A stretch of 64,000 bases of DNA from Candidatus Eiseniibacteriota bacterium (GTDB taxonomy: Bacteria > Eisenbacteria > RBG-16-71-46 > CAVPCR01), in the NCBI GenBank assembly GCA_963702435.1, contig CAVPCR010000001.1:768001-832000 (forward strand), written 5' to 3'. The position numbers and the translations under genes were made by a program. This document shows positions 21,503 to 31,011 of this stretch, one piece after another (position 1 is the stretch's first letter; each line of letters starts with the position of its first letter). A model generated the notes under the pieces. That model was not told the origin of the DNA. It searched no databases and saw only the letters and a program-made list of their open reading frames with translations.

Positions 21503-23044
21503 TCACTTCATGAGGAGCATCTTCCTGGTGGCTGTCTCGCCGCCGGCATCCAGACGATAGAAGTAGACGCCCGAGCTCACCGCATCGCCTCGCTCGTCCC
21601 GGCCGCGCCAGGGGACTTGATGGGGGCCGGCGCCGCGCATCTCATGATCGATGAGGGTCATCACCCGTCGGCCCTGCGCGTCGAGGATCTCGAGCGTCAC
21701 CGTCGCCGGAGCGCCGAGCGCGAACCCGATCGCGGTGGCCGGATTGAACGGGTTCGGGCTGTTCTGCTCGAGCGTGAAGCGGAGCGGCGCAGCGGGGGTC
21801 GCCGCCACGTCGGTCGTCGCCGTGCGGAAGGCGCGGACGTCGGTGCCGACGCCGCAGACGACGAGGATCCCGCCCTGGCCGAGCACCGGACCGCCGAGAT
21901 TCACGTTGTTCACGGACCGGGAGAAGCGCACCGTGAGATCGGAATTGAAGCAATAGAGGAAGCCTAGACCGAAGCCGCCGTTCGTGACATAGAGGCGCCC
22001 GGCGGCGTCCGCCGCCATGCGCGGCTGCATCGGGAAGTCAGCCATGATCGGCGCCGAGATGGCGAGCGTGTCGCCGGTCGCCGGGTCGAGCCGGAGGATC
22101 TCGCGCGCCGCCGTGTAGCTGAAGACGCTCCCGTCCGGGCCGATGGCGAAGGAGGCGAACGGCACGTAGCCGAGCGGCACCCGCCACCTCTCGACGAGCG
22201 CGCTCCCGGTGTCGCGGAGCGCGATCAGGTAGTCGGTCGACGCGTTGTTCTGAGAGCGCGGGGCATAGACCGTGCCGTCCGGGCCGACGAAGAGCCCCAG
22301 CTGCTGCACGAGCCCGCCGTAGCCCGGGCTCTGGTACAGCCGCTGGCCGGTCGCCAGGTCGAACGCCGACACCTTGGGTCCGGTCCCGCTCGCCTCCCAG
22401 ATGTAGACGCGATCGCCGAAGACCGCCGCCGAGCTGCCGTTCGAGGTCGGGCTCGAGCGCGGCGTCGACCACACGGTCGACCCGTCGTTCTTCTCGATAC
22501 GCCGGACCGAGGTGAAGTTGCCGACGATGAGATCGCCGTCGGCGGCGTAGGCTGCGCTCTCGGTCGTCTCCTCGCCGATCTTCTCGGCCGAGCGCCAGAT
22601 GATCGAGCCGTCGGCGGGATCGAGCGCGTAGAGGTAGTCGAGGCGGGAGTCGCCGGCGCGGGTCGCGTACACGTGCCCGTCGCGGATGCCGGTCACCTTC
22701 TCCCGATGCCCGGGCTCCTGCGGATCGTAAGGGAGGTGCACCGCCCAGAGCTCGGCGCCGGTCGCGAGATCGTGCGCCACGAGCCAGGTGCCGCCCGGGA
22801 TGGCGAAGCTCTCCATGCGGTTCAGGACGAGGAGGTTCCCCGCGGCGCATCCCTGCTGCGCGATGACCGAGGGACGGCTGCCCTGCCACAGGATCGCCGG
22901 ATCGGCGGGCCCGCTCTCGGTGGAGAGCCCGGCCCGGGTCGCGTCCCTGCCGACCGGGGTGGTCCAGTCGTCGGCGGCGGCGGGGCCGGCGGCGGCGAGA
23001 ACAAGGGCGAGAGCGAGAGCGGCGGGAGCAAAGCGGATGAGCAT
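21503..23044 (-). CDS. Secreted PQQ-like beta-propeller protein with FlgD-Ig/T9SS-like tail
   Basis: Signal peptide; AHDLATGAELW, ALDPADGSIIW, AFDLATGQRLY repeats; QNSPNPFNPAT...SGVYFYRL...RKMLLMK. Confidence 0.85.
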   Translation of the reverse strand: MLIRFAPAALALALVLAAAGPAAADDWTTPVGRDATRAGLSTESGPADPAILWQGSRPSVIAQQGCAAGNLLVLNRMESFAIPGGTWLVAHDLATGAELWAVHLPYDPQEPGHREKVTGIRDGHVYATRAGDSRLDYLYALDPADGSIIWRSAEKIGEETTESAAYAADGDLIVGNFTSVRRIEKNDGSTVWSTPRSSPTSNGSSAAVFGDRVYIWEASGTGPKVSAFDLATGQRLYQSPGYGGLVQQLGLFVGPDGTVYAPRSQNNASTDYLIALRDTGSALVERWRVPLGYVPFASFAIGPDGSVFSYTAAREILRLDPATGDTLAISAPIMADFPMQPRMAADAAGRLYVTNGGFGLGFLYCFNSDLTVRFSRSVNNVNLGGPVLGQGGILVVCGVGTDVRAFRTATTDVAATPAAPLRFTLEQNSPNPFNPATAIGFALGAPATVTLEILDAQGRRVMTLIDHEMRGAGPHQVPWRGRDERGDAVSSGVYFYRLDAGGETATRKMLLMK

Positions 23045-23271
23045 GCGTGGGGCCCTCCCGAGCAAGCGAGCGCTGGCGCGCCGCTCCAAGGCAGCCGGAC
23101 CTGGTGCAGCGCCGCCGGCCTGGTGCAGCGCCGAGACTGGGTCTATCTATTGTACCATCACCGCCGCCCGCCGCGGGCTCGGGAAAGGCAGGCTGCTCGT
23201 CCGTTCCCGTTCTGATAGGCTTTTCGCCCACACGAGCCGGCTTTAGTCCAGCTCCGGCTCGAGGAGGCAGG

Positions 23272-24795
23272 ATGATCTCCTTCCACGCGCCGATCCGGCG
23301 CCGCCGTTTTCTTGGCCTCGCCGGCGCCGCCGCCGGCCTCGCCGCCGCCGCCCCGTTCACCCGGTTCCTCGGCCTCGACGCCGCACTGGCCGCCGAGGCC
23401 GGCTTCCCGCTCACCGCCGAGTCCGCCGCCCGCATTCTCGCCGCGGCGCGCGCGCGCGGTGCCGCCTTCGCCGATCTCTATCTCGAACGGAGCATCGTCA
23501 CCCGGCTGACCCTCGCGGAACAATCGATCGAGTCGGTCGAGCAAGGCGTGCACGCCGGCGGCGGCGTGCGCGCGGTGGACGGCCATCGCACCGGGTACGC
23601 CTTCGCCGATGCGTTCGCTGAGAAGCCGCTGGTCGAGGCGGCGCGGAACGCCGCCGCGATCGCCGCGCGCGACGGAGCGAACCCCGCTGCGATCACCTTC
23701 CACAAGACGGCGCCGACGACGCCGATCGTCCGCTGCGCGCGGCCCCTCGATCTCGTGAGCGAGGACGAGCGCGTGGGCTGGTTGAAGCGCGCCGACCAGG
23801 CCGCGCGCGCCCACGACCCGGCGGTCCAGCAGGTGACGATCGAGTACACGGACGCAATGACGCGCTTCGCCGTCATCAACTCGGACGGGCTCTGGATCGA
23901 GGACACGCTGCCGCTCGTCTTCATGCGCATCAACGTGATCGCGGCCCGCAACGGCAAGCGCGGCACCGGGAGCGAGCGGCTCTCCTACCGCCGCGGCGCC
24001 GAGCAGATGGACGCGGATGCGGCCGGGAAGGCGGCAGCAGAGGCGGCGCGCCAGGCGGTCGCCATGATCGAGGCGGTGGAAGCGCCGTCCGGCGAGATGC
24101 CGGTCATCATCGCCGCCGGCGGCGGCGTCCTCTTCCACGAGGCGATCGGGCACGGGCTCGAGGGGGACGGCGTCTACCGCGGGACCTCGTTCTATGCGGG
24201 GCGGATCGGGGAGACGGTGGGCTCGGAGCGCGTGACGCTCATCGACACCGGCGCCATTCCCGATCTCCGCGGCTCCTACAACGTGGACGACGAGGGGACG
24301 CCGCCGGCCGAGAACCGGCTGATCGAGAAGGGCGTGCTCAAGGGCTTCCTCACCGATCGCATCGCGGCCGCGATGCTCGAGGCGCCGCTCACCGGGAGCG
24401 GGCGCCGGCAGTCCTACCGCTTCCCGCCGCTCGTCCGCATGAGCAACACCTATCTCGAGCAGGGCGAGGACGACGTCGAGGAGATCATCCGCACGACGAA
24501 GAGCGGGATCTACGCGCGTGCGCTCGGCGGCGGCGAGGTGGACACGACGAGCGGCAACTTCACCTTCGGCGTGCTCGAGGCCTACCGCATCGAGGACGGC
24601 AAGCTCGGCGCCCCGGTGCGCGGGGCGAACCTCGTCGGGAACGGGCCCGAGATCCTGAAACGGATCGACCGCGTCGGGCCGGACTTGAAGTTCTGGAACG
24701 GAACCTGCGGCAAGGGGCAGTGGGTGCCGGTCACCTCGGGCGCGCCGACGCTCCGCATCGCGTCGATGACGGTCGGCGGCTCGGGTCAGGGCTAG
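23272..24795 (+). CDS. tldD: TldD metalloprotease subunit with Tat signal peptide
   Basis: GGAGG RBS; RRRRFLG + hydrophobic stretch + ALA; HEAIGH, DDEG, RMSNT, CGKGQ. Confidence 0.92.
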   Translation: MISFHAPIRRRRFLGLAGAAAGLAAAAPFTRFLGLDAALAAEAGFPLTAESAARILAAARARGAAFADLYLERSIVTRLTLAEQSIESVEQGVHAGGGVRAVDGHRTGYAFADAFAEKPLVEAARNAAAIAARDGANPAAITFHKTAPTTPIVRCARPLDLVSEDERVGWLKRADQAARAHDPAVQQVTIEYTDAMTRFAVINSDGLWIEDTLPLVFMRINVIAARNGKRGTGSERLSYRRGAEQMDADAAGKAAAEAARQAVAMIEAVEAPSGEMPVIIAAGGGVLFHEAIGHGLEGDGVYRGTSFYAGRIGETVGSERVTLIDTGAIPDLRGSYNVDDEGTPPAENRLIEKGVLKGFLTDRIAAAMLEAPLTGSGRRQSYRFPPLVRMSNTYLEQGEDDVEEIIRTTKSGIYARALGGGEVDTTSGNFTFGVLEAYRIEDGKLGAPVRGANLVGNGPEILKRIDRVGPDLKFWNGTCGKGQWVPVTSGAPTLRIASMTVGGSGQG

Positions 24796-24829
24796 GCCGG
24801 GCGAGCGCGGCACGGGAAGGGAGATCGAC

Positions 24830-26188
24830 GTGAACGAGCAAGTCCTGCTCGAGAAGACGCTGGGCCTCTTGAAGGCCGGCGGCGCCGAGGGGGATGCCTA
24901 TCTGGTCGAGCGCCGCACGCTCGAGCTCCGCGTGCGCGAGGACGAGCTGGAAACGCTCTCGCGCGCCGACGTGCGCGGCCTCGCGGTGCGCGCCATGCGC
25001 GATGGGCGGCTCGGCTTCGTGCACACCTCCGCCGTGGACGAGGACGGCGTCCAGCGCGCGGCCGAGAAGGCGCTCGCCCTCGCCAGGGCGGGGAGCCCGC
25101 GCGATGACCTCGTCCTCCCCGATCCCGCGGGTCCGGGCGACGGGCGGGACGAGGGCGCGGCGCTCGGGATCCACGACGCGGCGATCGAGGAACACACGAT
25201 CGAGGAGAAGAAGGAACGCGCGCGGGCCGCCGACGCCGCCGCCCGCGCCGCCGATCCGAAGATCCGTCCGGGCGATGGCGGCGGGTACGAGGAGAACGTG
25301 ACCGCGCACTGGATCGCCAACACGCGCGGCCTCTTCCGCCACGCGCGCCGGAGCCAGGTCGCAGCCAGCGCGAGCGTGATCGCCGAGGAGGCGGGCGACA
25401 TGCAGCCCGGCGAATACTTCGTGGAGGCGACGCGCTACTCGGACCTCCTCGCGCCCGAGGAGCTCGGGCGACGCGCCGCCGACCGCGCGCTCCGGCTCCT
25501 CGGCGGCCGCCCGGTCCCGACCGGCCGCTACCCGGTGGTCGTGAGCCCCGATGTCGGCTGGACGCTCCTCCTCCGGCTCGCCGTCGCCCTGAGCGGCGAG
25601 CACCTGAGCCGGAAGCGCTCGTGGCTCGCCGATCGCGGCGACCAGCCGCTCGGGAGCGCGCTCGTCACCGTGCACGACAACGCGCGCATGCCGGGCGGGC
25701 TCGCGACCACGCCCTTCGACGCCGAGGGTGTCGACACGCGCGATGTCACGCTCCTCGCGGCGGGGGCCGTGCGCGGGCAGCTCACAGATCTCGCCTCGGC
25801 CAAGCGGCTCGGCATCCCGTCGAACGGGAACGCGCGGCGCGACGGCTACGAAGGCCTCCCCGAGATCCGGTCGAGCAATCTCTACCTCGCGCCCGGCACG
25901 AGCAAGCGCGAGGAGATCCTCGCGAGCGTCGACCGGGGCTTCTGGGTATGGGGGCTCTCCGGCTGGTGGATCGGCATGGAGCCCGCGAACCCGACCTTCT
26001 CGAGCGCCGCCTCCGGTCTCTGGATCGAGAAGGGCCAGCCGACGAAAGCGGTGGCGCGGGTCACGATCGCCGGCTCGATGGAGGAGATCCTCGGCGGGAT
26101 CGACATGGTCGCCGACGATCTCGTGTGGGATCATGCCACCAAGACCCCGACCTTCCGCGTGCGCGAGCTCGCGGTGTCCGGGACCTAG
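24830..26188 (+). CDS. tldE: TldE/PmbA subunit
   Basis: GTG start after GGAG; PFDAEG, SNGNA, follows tldD, lacks HExxxH. Confidence 0.88.
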   Translation: MNEQVLLEKTLGLLKAGGAEGDAYLVERRTLELRVREDELETLSRADVRGLAVRAMRDGRLGFVHTSAVDEDGVQRAAEKALALARAGSPRDDLVLPDPAGPGDGRDEGAALGIHDAAIEEHTIEEKKERARAADAAARAADPKIRPGDGGGYEENVTAHWIANTRGLFRHARRSQVAASASVIAEEAGDMQPGEYFVEATRYSDLLAPEELGRRAADRALRLLGGRPVPTGRYPVVVSPDVGWTLLLRLAVALSGEHLSRKRSWLADRGDQPLGSALVTVHDNARMPGGLATTPFDAEGVDTRDVTLLAAGAVRGQLTDLASAKRLGIPSNGNARRDGYEGLPEIRSSNLYLAPGTSKREEILASVDRGFWVWGLSGWWIGMEPANPTFSSAASGLWIEKGQPTKAVARVTIAGSMEEILGGIDMVADDLVWDHATKTPTFRVRELAVSGT

Positions 26189-26210
26189 ACCTAGAACAGT
26201 GGAGGTTCAT

Positions 26211-26738
26211 GTGATAACGCTAACCGACCTGCTCAAGCAGGAAGCGAACGGCATGTACGCCGCGACCGAGGGCCTGATCCGCGCGGTGGACCAGGACAAG
26301 CTCGGCTGGAAGCCGGCGACCGGCCGGAACTGGATGACGACCGGGCAGCTCGTCCAGCACCTGACAAACGCCTGCGGGGCGATGATCAAGGGGTTCGTGA
26401 CCGGGGACTGGGGTCTCCCCGCGGGGACCAAGATGGAGGATCTGCCCCCGGATCAGATGCTGCCCCCCGCCGAGAAGATGCCGGCGGCGACGAGCATCGA
26501 CGCAGCGCTCGCCGGGCTCGCCGCCGACCAGGCCGTCGCGCTCGAGTACATCGGGAAGGCCGGCGAGGCGAACCTCCTCACGACGAAGATGGCGGCGCCG
26601 TGGGGCGGCCCCGAGGTCACCCTCTTCCAGCACCTGATGACCTCGCTCCATCATCTCGGCCAGCACAAGGGCCAGCTCTTCTACTACCTGAAGCTCCAGG
26701 GCAAGGACGTGAACACGATGCACCTGTGGGGGATGTAG
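26211..26738 (+). CDS. DinB-family protein
   Basis: GGAGG-GTG start; WKP...MTTGQLVQH...HLGQHKGQLFYYLKLQG. Confidence 0.85.
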   Translation: MITLTDLLKQEANGMYAATEGLIRAVDQDKLGWKPATGRNWMTTGQLVQHLTNACGAMIKGFVTGDWGLPAGTKMEDLPPDQMLPPAEKMPAATSIDAALAGLAADQAVALEYIGKAGEANLLTTKMAAPWGGPEVTLFQHLMTSLHHLGQHKGQLFYYLKLQGKDVNTMHLWGM

Positions 26739-26753
26739 AAAGGCGCGCGCTCT

Positions 26754-27536
26754 TCACGCGGGGAGCGCGGCGAGGATCGCCGGGAGCATCACCCCCGCCT
26801 CGCCGCGCAGCACCACGTCCGCGATCCCGTCGTAGTCGGTGGGGGTCCGGTTCACGAGGATGACGCCGGCCCCGTGCTGCTTCGCCGCCGGCACCAGGGA
26901 GGCCGCCGGGAAGACGACGAGCGACGACCCGATCGCGATCAGGAGCTCGGAGGCCGCCGCCTCCATGAAGGCGCGCCGGGTCTCCGCTTCCGGCATCGCC
27001 TGCCCGAAGGAGACGGTCTTCGGCTTGAGCGGGCCGCCGCAGACGTCGCAGGTCGGCTCGAGGACCCCGTCCTCCTCCATCCAGCGCTGCACCTCGCCGC
27101 GCGGCCACTCCTTGCCGCAGCCGAGGCAGCCCGCGCGCATCGCGTTCCCGTGCAGCTCGATCACGTCGGTCGAGCCGGCGCGCTGGTGGAGGCCGTCGAT
27201 GTTCTGCGTGATCACGCAGCGGAGGAGCTCGCGCCGCTCGAGCTCGGCGAGAGCGAGATGCCCGGGATTGGGCTCGGCGTCCCGCATCGCGGGATACATC
27301 TCGCGGCTCCAGCACCAGTACTTCCGGCGCGCCTCGGCGCGCGCGACGAAGTTCTGGTACGAGAACTCCGCCGGGTCGTACTTGCTCCAGATCCCGGTCG
27401 GGCTCCGGAAGTCGGGGACACCCGACTCGGTCGAGATGCCGGCGCCGGTCAAGCGCGATGGTGCGGCGCGCGGCGGCGACGAGCAGCGCGGCCGCGGCGC
27501 GACCGAGTCGGGGTGGTCCACCGGGGGCCCGCTCAC
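26754..27536 (-). CDS. cobB: Sir2-family NAD-dependent protein deacylase
   Basis: GAGISTESGVPDFR, TQNIDGLHQRAG, HG, two CxxC, GSSL; an alternative frame near 27450-27500 reads AAALLVAAARRTIAL, suggesting compensating indels. Confidence 0.9.
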   Translation of the reverse strand: MSGPPVDHPDSVAPRPRCSSPPRAAPSRLTGAGISTESGVPDFRSPTGIWSKYDPAEFSYQNFVARAEARRKYWCWSREMYPAMRDAEPNPGHLALAELERRELLRCVITQNIDGLHQRAGSTDVIELHGNAMRAGCLGCGKEWPRGEVQRWMEEDGVLEPTCDVCGGPLKPKTVSFGQAMPEAETRRAFMEAAASELLIAIGSSLVVFPAASLVPAAKQHGAGVILVNRTPTDYDGIADVVLRGEAGVMLPAILAALPA

Positions 27537-28330
27537 TCGAGCATGCGCTCTACCGCCTGGTACTCCGTGTGCACGGTCTCGATCGCCGGGCTGATCGCCT
27601 TCCAGTCGCCGCCGTCCGCCACCTTCTTCAGTTCTTGCGTTTTGGCGCAGAGATCGGCGACACCGGCCTGGTAGGCCTTGACCTTGGCCTCATCGCCGGC
27701 GATCCGCCGCGGGGCGCCGGCCGCGCTCAGGCTGTCGCACCTGGCGGCGAGCTCGACCGTGGATGCGCGGAGCGCATCGAGCTGCTGCTGCGGGCCCTGA
27801 TGGTGATAGATCTGGTAGAGGACGACGTGATAGGCCTCGAGCTCGGCGGAGCGCGGGCGGACGAGCCGGATCAGGGACTCGAACTCGCCGTGGAGCGCCT
27901 CGACCGAGTCGAGCATCGCCTGCTCGTCGTTCGCCGCCACCGCCGCCTCGTAGCTCGCGGTGGCCGCGGTGAGCTTCTTGACCCCCGCGTCCCAGTCCGC
28001 CTGCTTGTCGCGGAGGATCCCCGGGAGCTTGGCCGCCTCGACCGCCGCCACGTCCTTCTTCACCTGCGGCAGGAGCTCCTTCATCTGCGCGTAGTTCTTC
28101 TCGGGCCACGCGCCGTGCCACAGCGGATAGATGACCTCGTGGAGCTGCGTCAGCTCGGGCACCTCGGCCTTGAGCTCGGCGGGGACGGTGGCCTGCGCCG
28201 CCACGTCGGCCGACGCCGTCGTCGCCGGCGCGCCATGGGCGGCGCACCCCGCGTCCGCTCCGGCCAGGCGGCTCGCGCCGAGGAGCACGAGCCCGAGCAT
28301 CAGGGCGAATCCATGCGATCGCTGCATCAT
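27533..28330 (-). CDS. Secreted alpha-helical protein with two His-patterned repeats
   Basis: GGAG RBS, signal peptide; repeats ELTQLHEVIYPLWH...VEALHGEF and ELEAYHVVLYQIYH...IETVHTEY; stop overlaps the sirtuin GTG. Confidence 0.75.
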   Translation of the reverse strand: MMQRSHGFALMLGLVLLGASRLAGADAGCAAHGAPATTASADVAAQATVPAELKAEVPELTQLHEVIYPLWHGAWPEKNYAQMKELLPQVKKDVAAVEAAKLPGILRDKQADWDAGVKKLTAATASYEAAVAANDEQAMLDSVEALHGEFESLIRLVRPRSAELEAYHVVLYQIYHHQGPQQQLDALRASTVELAARCDSLSAAGAPRRIAGDEAKVKAYQAGVADLCAKTQELKKVADGGDWKAISPAIETVHTEYQAVERMLE

Positions 28331-28534
28331 CGTTCGATCCTCTCTCCGCGGCGCTGCCGGCGGCCGGTCGTCTCGATGCCGGGCCTCCGGCCGGCGGCGC
28401 CCCGCGTCCTGGGGGTACCGGCGGTCGATTATAGCGGGGAACACGCCGCCGCGCGCGCGCCATCCGGCGCGGCGCCGGAGCGGCATCCCGAGCGGCGCCG
28501 GAGCGGGCCGGAGCGTGGTAGATTCAGCGGCCAG

Positions 28535-29773
28535 ATGAACCCGCTCGCCACCGGCGCCTCGCCGCTTGCCGCCCACTGGTCGCTCGACCCGGACGTCATC
28601 TTCCTGAACCATGGCTCCTTCGGCGCCTGCCCGACCGCGGTGCTGGAAGCGCAGGCCGAGCTCCGGGCCCGCCTCGAGCGCGAGCCCGTGCGCTTCCTCG
28701 GGCGCGACTTCGAGGGCCTCCTCGATCACGCGCGGGAGGAGCTCGCGCGCTTCGTCGGCGCCGATCCCGACGATCTCGCCTTCGTCCCCAATGCGACGAC
28801 CGGCGTCAATGCGGTCATTCGCTCGCTCGCGTTCGCCCCCGGTGACGAGATCATCACCACCGATCACGCTTACAACGCGTGCCGCGCCGCCATCGACTTC
28901 ACGGCGGAACGCACCGGCGCGCGCGTCACGATCGCCCGGGTCCCCTTTCCCCTCGCCGGGCCGGGGTCCGTCGTCCAGGCGATCCTCGATGCGACGACGC
29001 CGCGGACGCGCCTTGCGCTCATCGACTGGATCACGAGCCCGACCGCGCTCGTCTTCCCGATTGCCGACATCGTGCGCGAGCTCGCCGCGCGCGGCATCGA
29101 CACGCTCGTCGACGGTGCGCACGCGCCGGGGATGGTGCCGATGAATCTCGCCGCGCTCGGCGCGGCCTACACGACCGGGAACTGCCACAAGTGGCTCTGC
29201 GCGCCGAAGGGCGCCGCCTTCCTCCACGTGCGCCGCGATCGCCAGGCCGCGATCCACCCGACGACCTTGAGCCACGGCACGAACTCGACGCGCACCGACC
29301 GCTCCCGCTTCCGCCTCGAGTTCGACTGGATGGGCACCACGGACCCGACCGCGTACCTGGCCGTCCCCGCGGCGATCCGCGCCATGGGCGCGCTCGTGCC
29401 GGGCGGCTGGCCCGAGGTGATGGGGTTGAACCGCGCCCTCGCCCGCACCGGCCGCGACATCCTGTGCGCGGCTCTCGGCGTCGAGCCGCCGGCGCCCGAC
29501 GAGATGCTCGGATCGCTCGCGGCGGTGCCGCTGCCCGCACCGCCGGCGGCGGACGGTCCCCCGCCCCTGCCGCCGGCCACCGCCGCCGATCTCGCCGATC
29601 CCCTTCAGACGGCGCTCTTTACGGCCGACCGGATCGAGGTGCCGATCATCACCTGGCCGGCCCCCCCCAGACGGCTGGTGCGCATCTCCGCCCAGCTGTA
29701 CAATTCCCCGTCCCAGTACGAGCGCCTCGCGGCGGCCCTGGCCGCCCGCCTCGAGTCCCCCCGCACCTCTTGA
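28535..29773 (+). CDS. PLP class-V enzyme, isopenicillin-N epimerase/C-S lyase-like
   Basis: FLNHGSFGACP, VPNATTGVN, DGAHAPG, GNCHKWLCAPKG, RISAQLYN. Confidence 0.88.
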   Translation: MNPLATGASPLAAHWSLDPDVIFLNHGSFGACPTAVLEAQAELRARLEREPVRFLGRDFEGLLDHAREELARFVGADPDDLAFVPNATTGVNAVIRSLAFAPGDEIITTDHAYNACRAAIDFTAERTGARVTIARVPFPLAGPGSVVQAILDATTPRTRLALIDWITSPTALVFPIADIVRELAARGIDTLVDGAHAPGMVPMNLAALGAAYTTGNCHKWLCAPKGAAFLHVRRDRQAAIHPTTLSHGTNSTRTDRSRFRLEFDWMGTTDPTAYLAVPAAIRAMGALVPGGWPEVMGLNRALARTGRDILCAALGVEPPAPDEMLGSLAAVPLPAPPAADGPPPLPPATAADLADPLQTALFTADRIEVPIITWPAPPRRLVRISAQLYNSPSQYERLAAALAARLESPRTS

Positions 29774-29799
29774 GCCGGAAAGCACCCGCAGTCGACCCG

Positions 29800-31011
29800 A
29801 TGATCTCTCCCGAAGAACGTCTCGCACCGCCACCGCCCACCGACCTCGAGATCCACGATCTCATCCGCCGCGAGCTGGCGCCGCACTTCGCGTCGCTCGC
29901 CCGTCTCCGCTCGAGCGCGGAGCTCTACGCGCATCCGCTCTACCCGCGGATCGAGCCCGTCATCCGCCGGGTCCTCGCGACCCCCGAGCTCGGGAGCTTC
30001 GCGCCGGGGCCGGCGCCCGCGCGACCGCGCTATCGATTCCTCGCCTGGAACCTCGAGCGCGGGATCCAGCTCGACGGCCAGATCGCGGCGCTGCGCACCC
30101 ATCCCTATCTCCGGAGCGCGGACGTTCTCCTCCTCACCGAGACCGACGTCGGCATGGCCCGCTCGGGGAACCGAGCCGTCGCGCGCGAGATCGCGGCCGC
30201 GCTCGGCATGCACTACGCCTTCATCCCGTCCTACATCAACCTGTCGAAGGGCGCCGGCAACGAGCACCACGCGCGCGGCGAGAACGAGCTCGGCCTGCAC
30301 GGAAACGCGCTCCTCTCCCGCTACCCGTTCGCGCGCGTGTGGCCGGTCCCGCTCGAGAACGGGAAGGACAAGATGCGAGGGCGCGAGAAGCGGCTCGGCG
30401 AGAAGCAGGCGCTCGCCGCCGAGATCGAGTTCCCCAACGCGCGGCTCACCGCCGTCACCACCCACCTCGACGCGCAGTCCACGCGCGAGCACCGGCGCGA
30501 CCAGATCCGCGATGTGATCGACGGCATCGGCGGCGCCGACCTGCCGGCCCTGATCGGCGGCGACTGGAACACCTCCACGTACAACTCGGCGCGCGCGTTC
30601 CGCGCCATCCTCGGCTTCTGGCGGCGCGTGTTCATGGGCGTGGATCACGTCATCAGGAGCCACTACCTGCACCCGGACGCCCGCTTCGAGCGCGAGCTCT
30701 TCGCGCTCCTCGAAACGCGCGGCTTCGACTACCGCCGCGCGAACCAGCTCGGCGCGGCCACCCTCTCCTACGACATCGCCGATCTCAAGACGCGGCGGAG
30801 CCTGGGCGAGTGGGTGCCGGGATGGTGCTTCGCCTTCATCCGCTGGGCGCTCCGCAACCACGGCGGCCGCTGCCCGCTCAAGCTCGACTGGTTCGCGACG
30901 CGCGGTCTCGCCACCGCGAACCCGGTCGTGATCGCCGACGTGGGCACGCAGGCGGAGCGGCCGCTCTCCGATCACGACGCGATCGGGCTCGACGTCGTCG
31001 TGTCGGGGTGA
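29800..31011 (+). CDS. Endonuclease/exonuclease/phosphatase (EEP) family protein
   Basis: WNLERG, LTETDVG, HGNALLSRYP, THLD, GGDWN, KLDW, SDH. Confidence 0.88.
   Translation: MISPEERLAPPPPTDLEIHDLIRRELAPHFASLARLRSSAELYAHPLYPRIEPVIRRVLATPELGSFAPGPAPARPRYRFLAWNLERGIQLDGQIAALRTHPYLRSADVLLLTETDVGMARSGNRAVAREIAAALGMHYAFIPSYINLSKGAGNEHHARGENELGLHGNALLSRYPFARVWPVPLENGKDKMRGREKRLGEKQALAAEIEFPNARLTAVTTHLDAQSTREHRRDQIRDVIDGIGGADLPALIGGDWNTSTYNSARAFRAILGFWRRVFMGVDHVIRSHYLHPDARFERELFALLETRGFDYRRANQLGAATLSYDIADLKTRRSLGEWVPGWCFAFIRWALRNHGGRCPLKLDWFATRGLATANPVVIADVGTQAERPLSDHDAIGLDVVVSG

Noticed and set aside
26754..27536. Sir2 as an anti-phage NADase (Thoeris/DSR-type)
   Set aside because: It has the zinc-ribbon CxxC pairs, length and motifs of a housekeeping CobB-type deacylase, with no defence genes nearby
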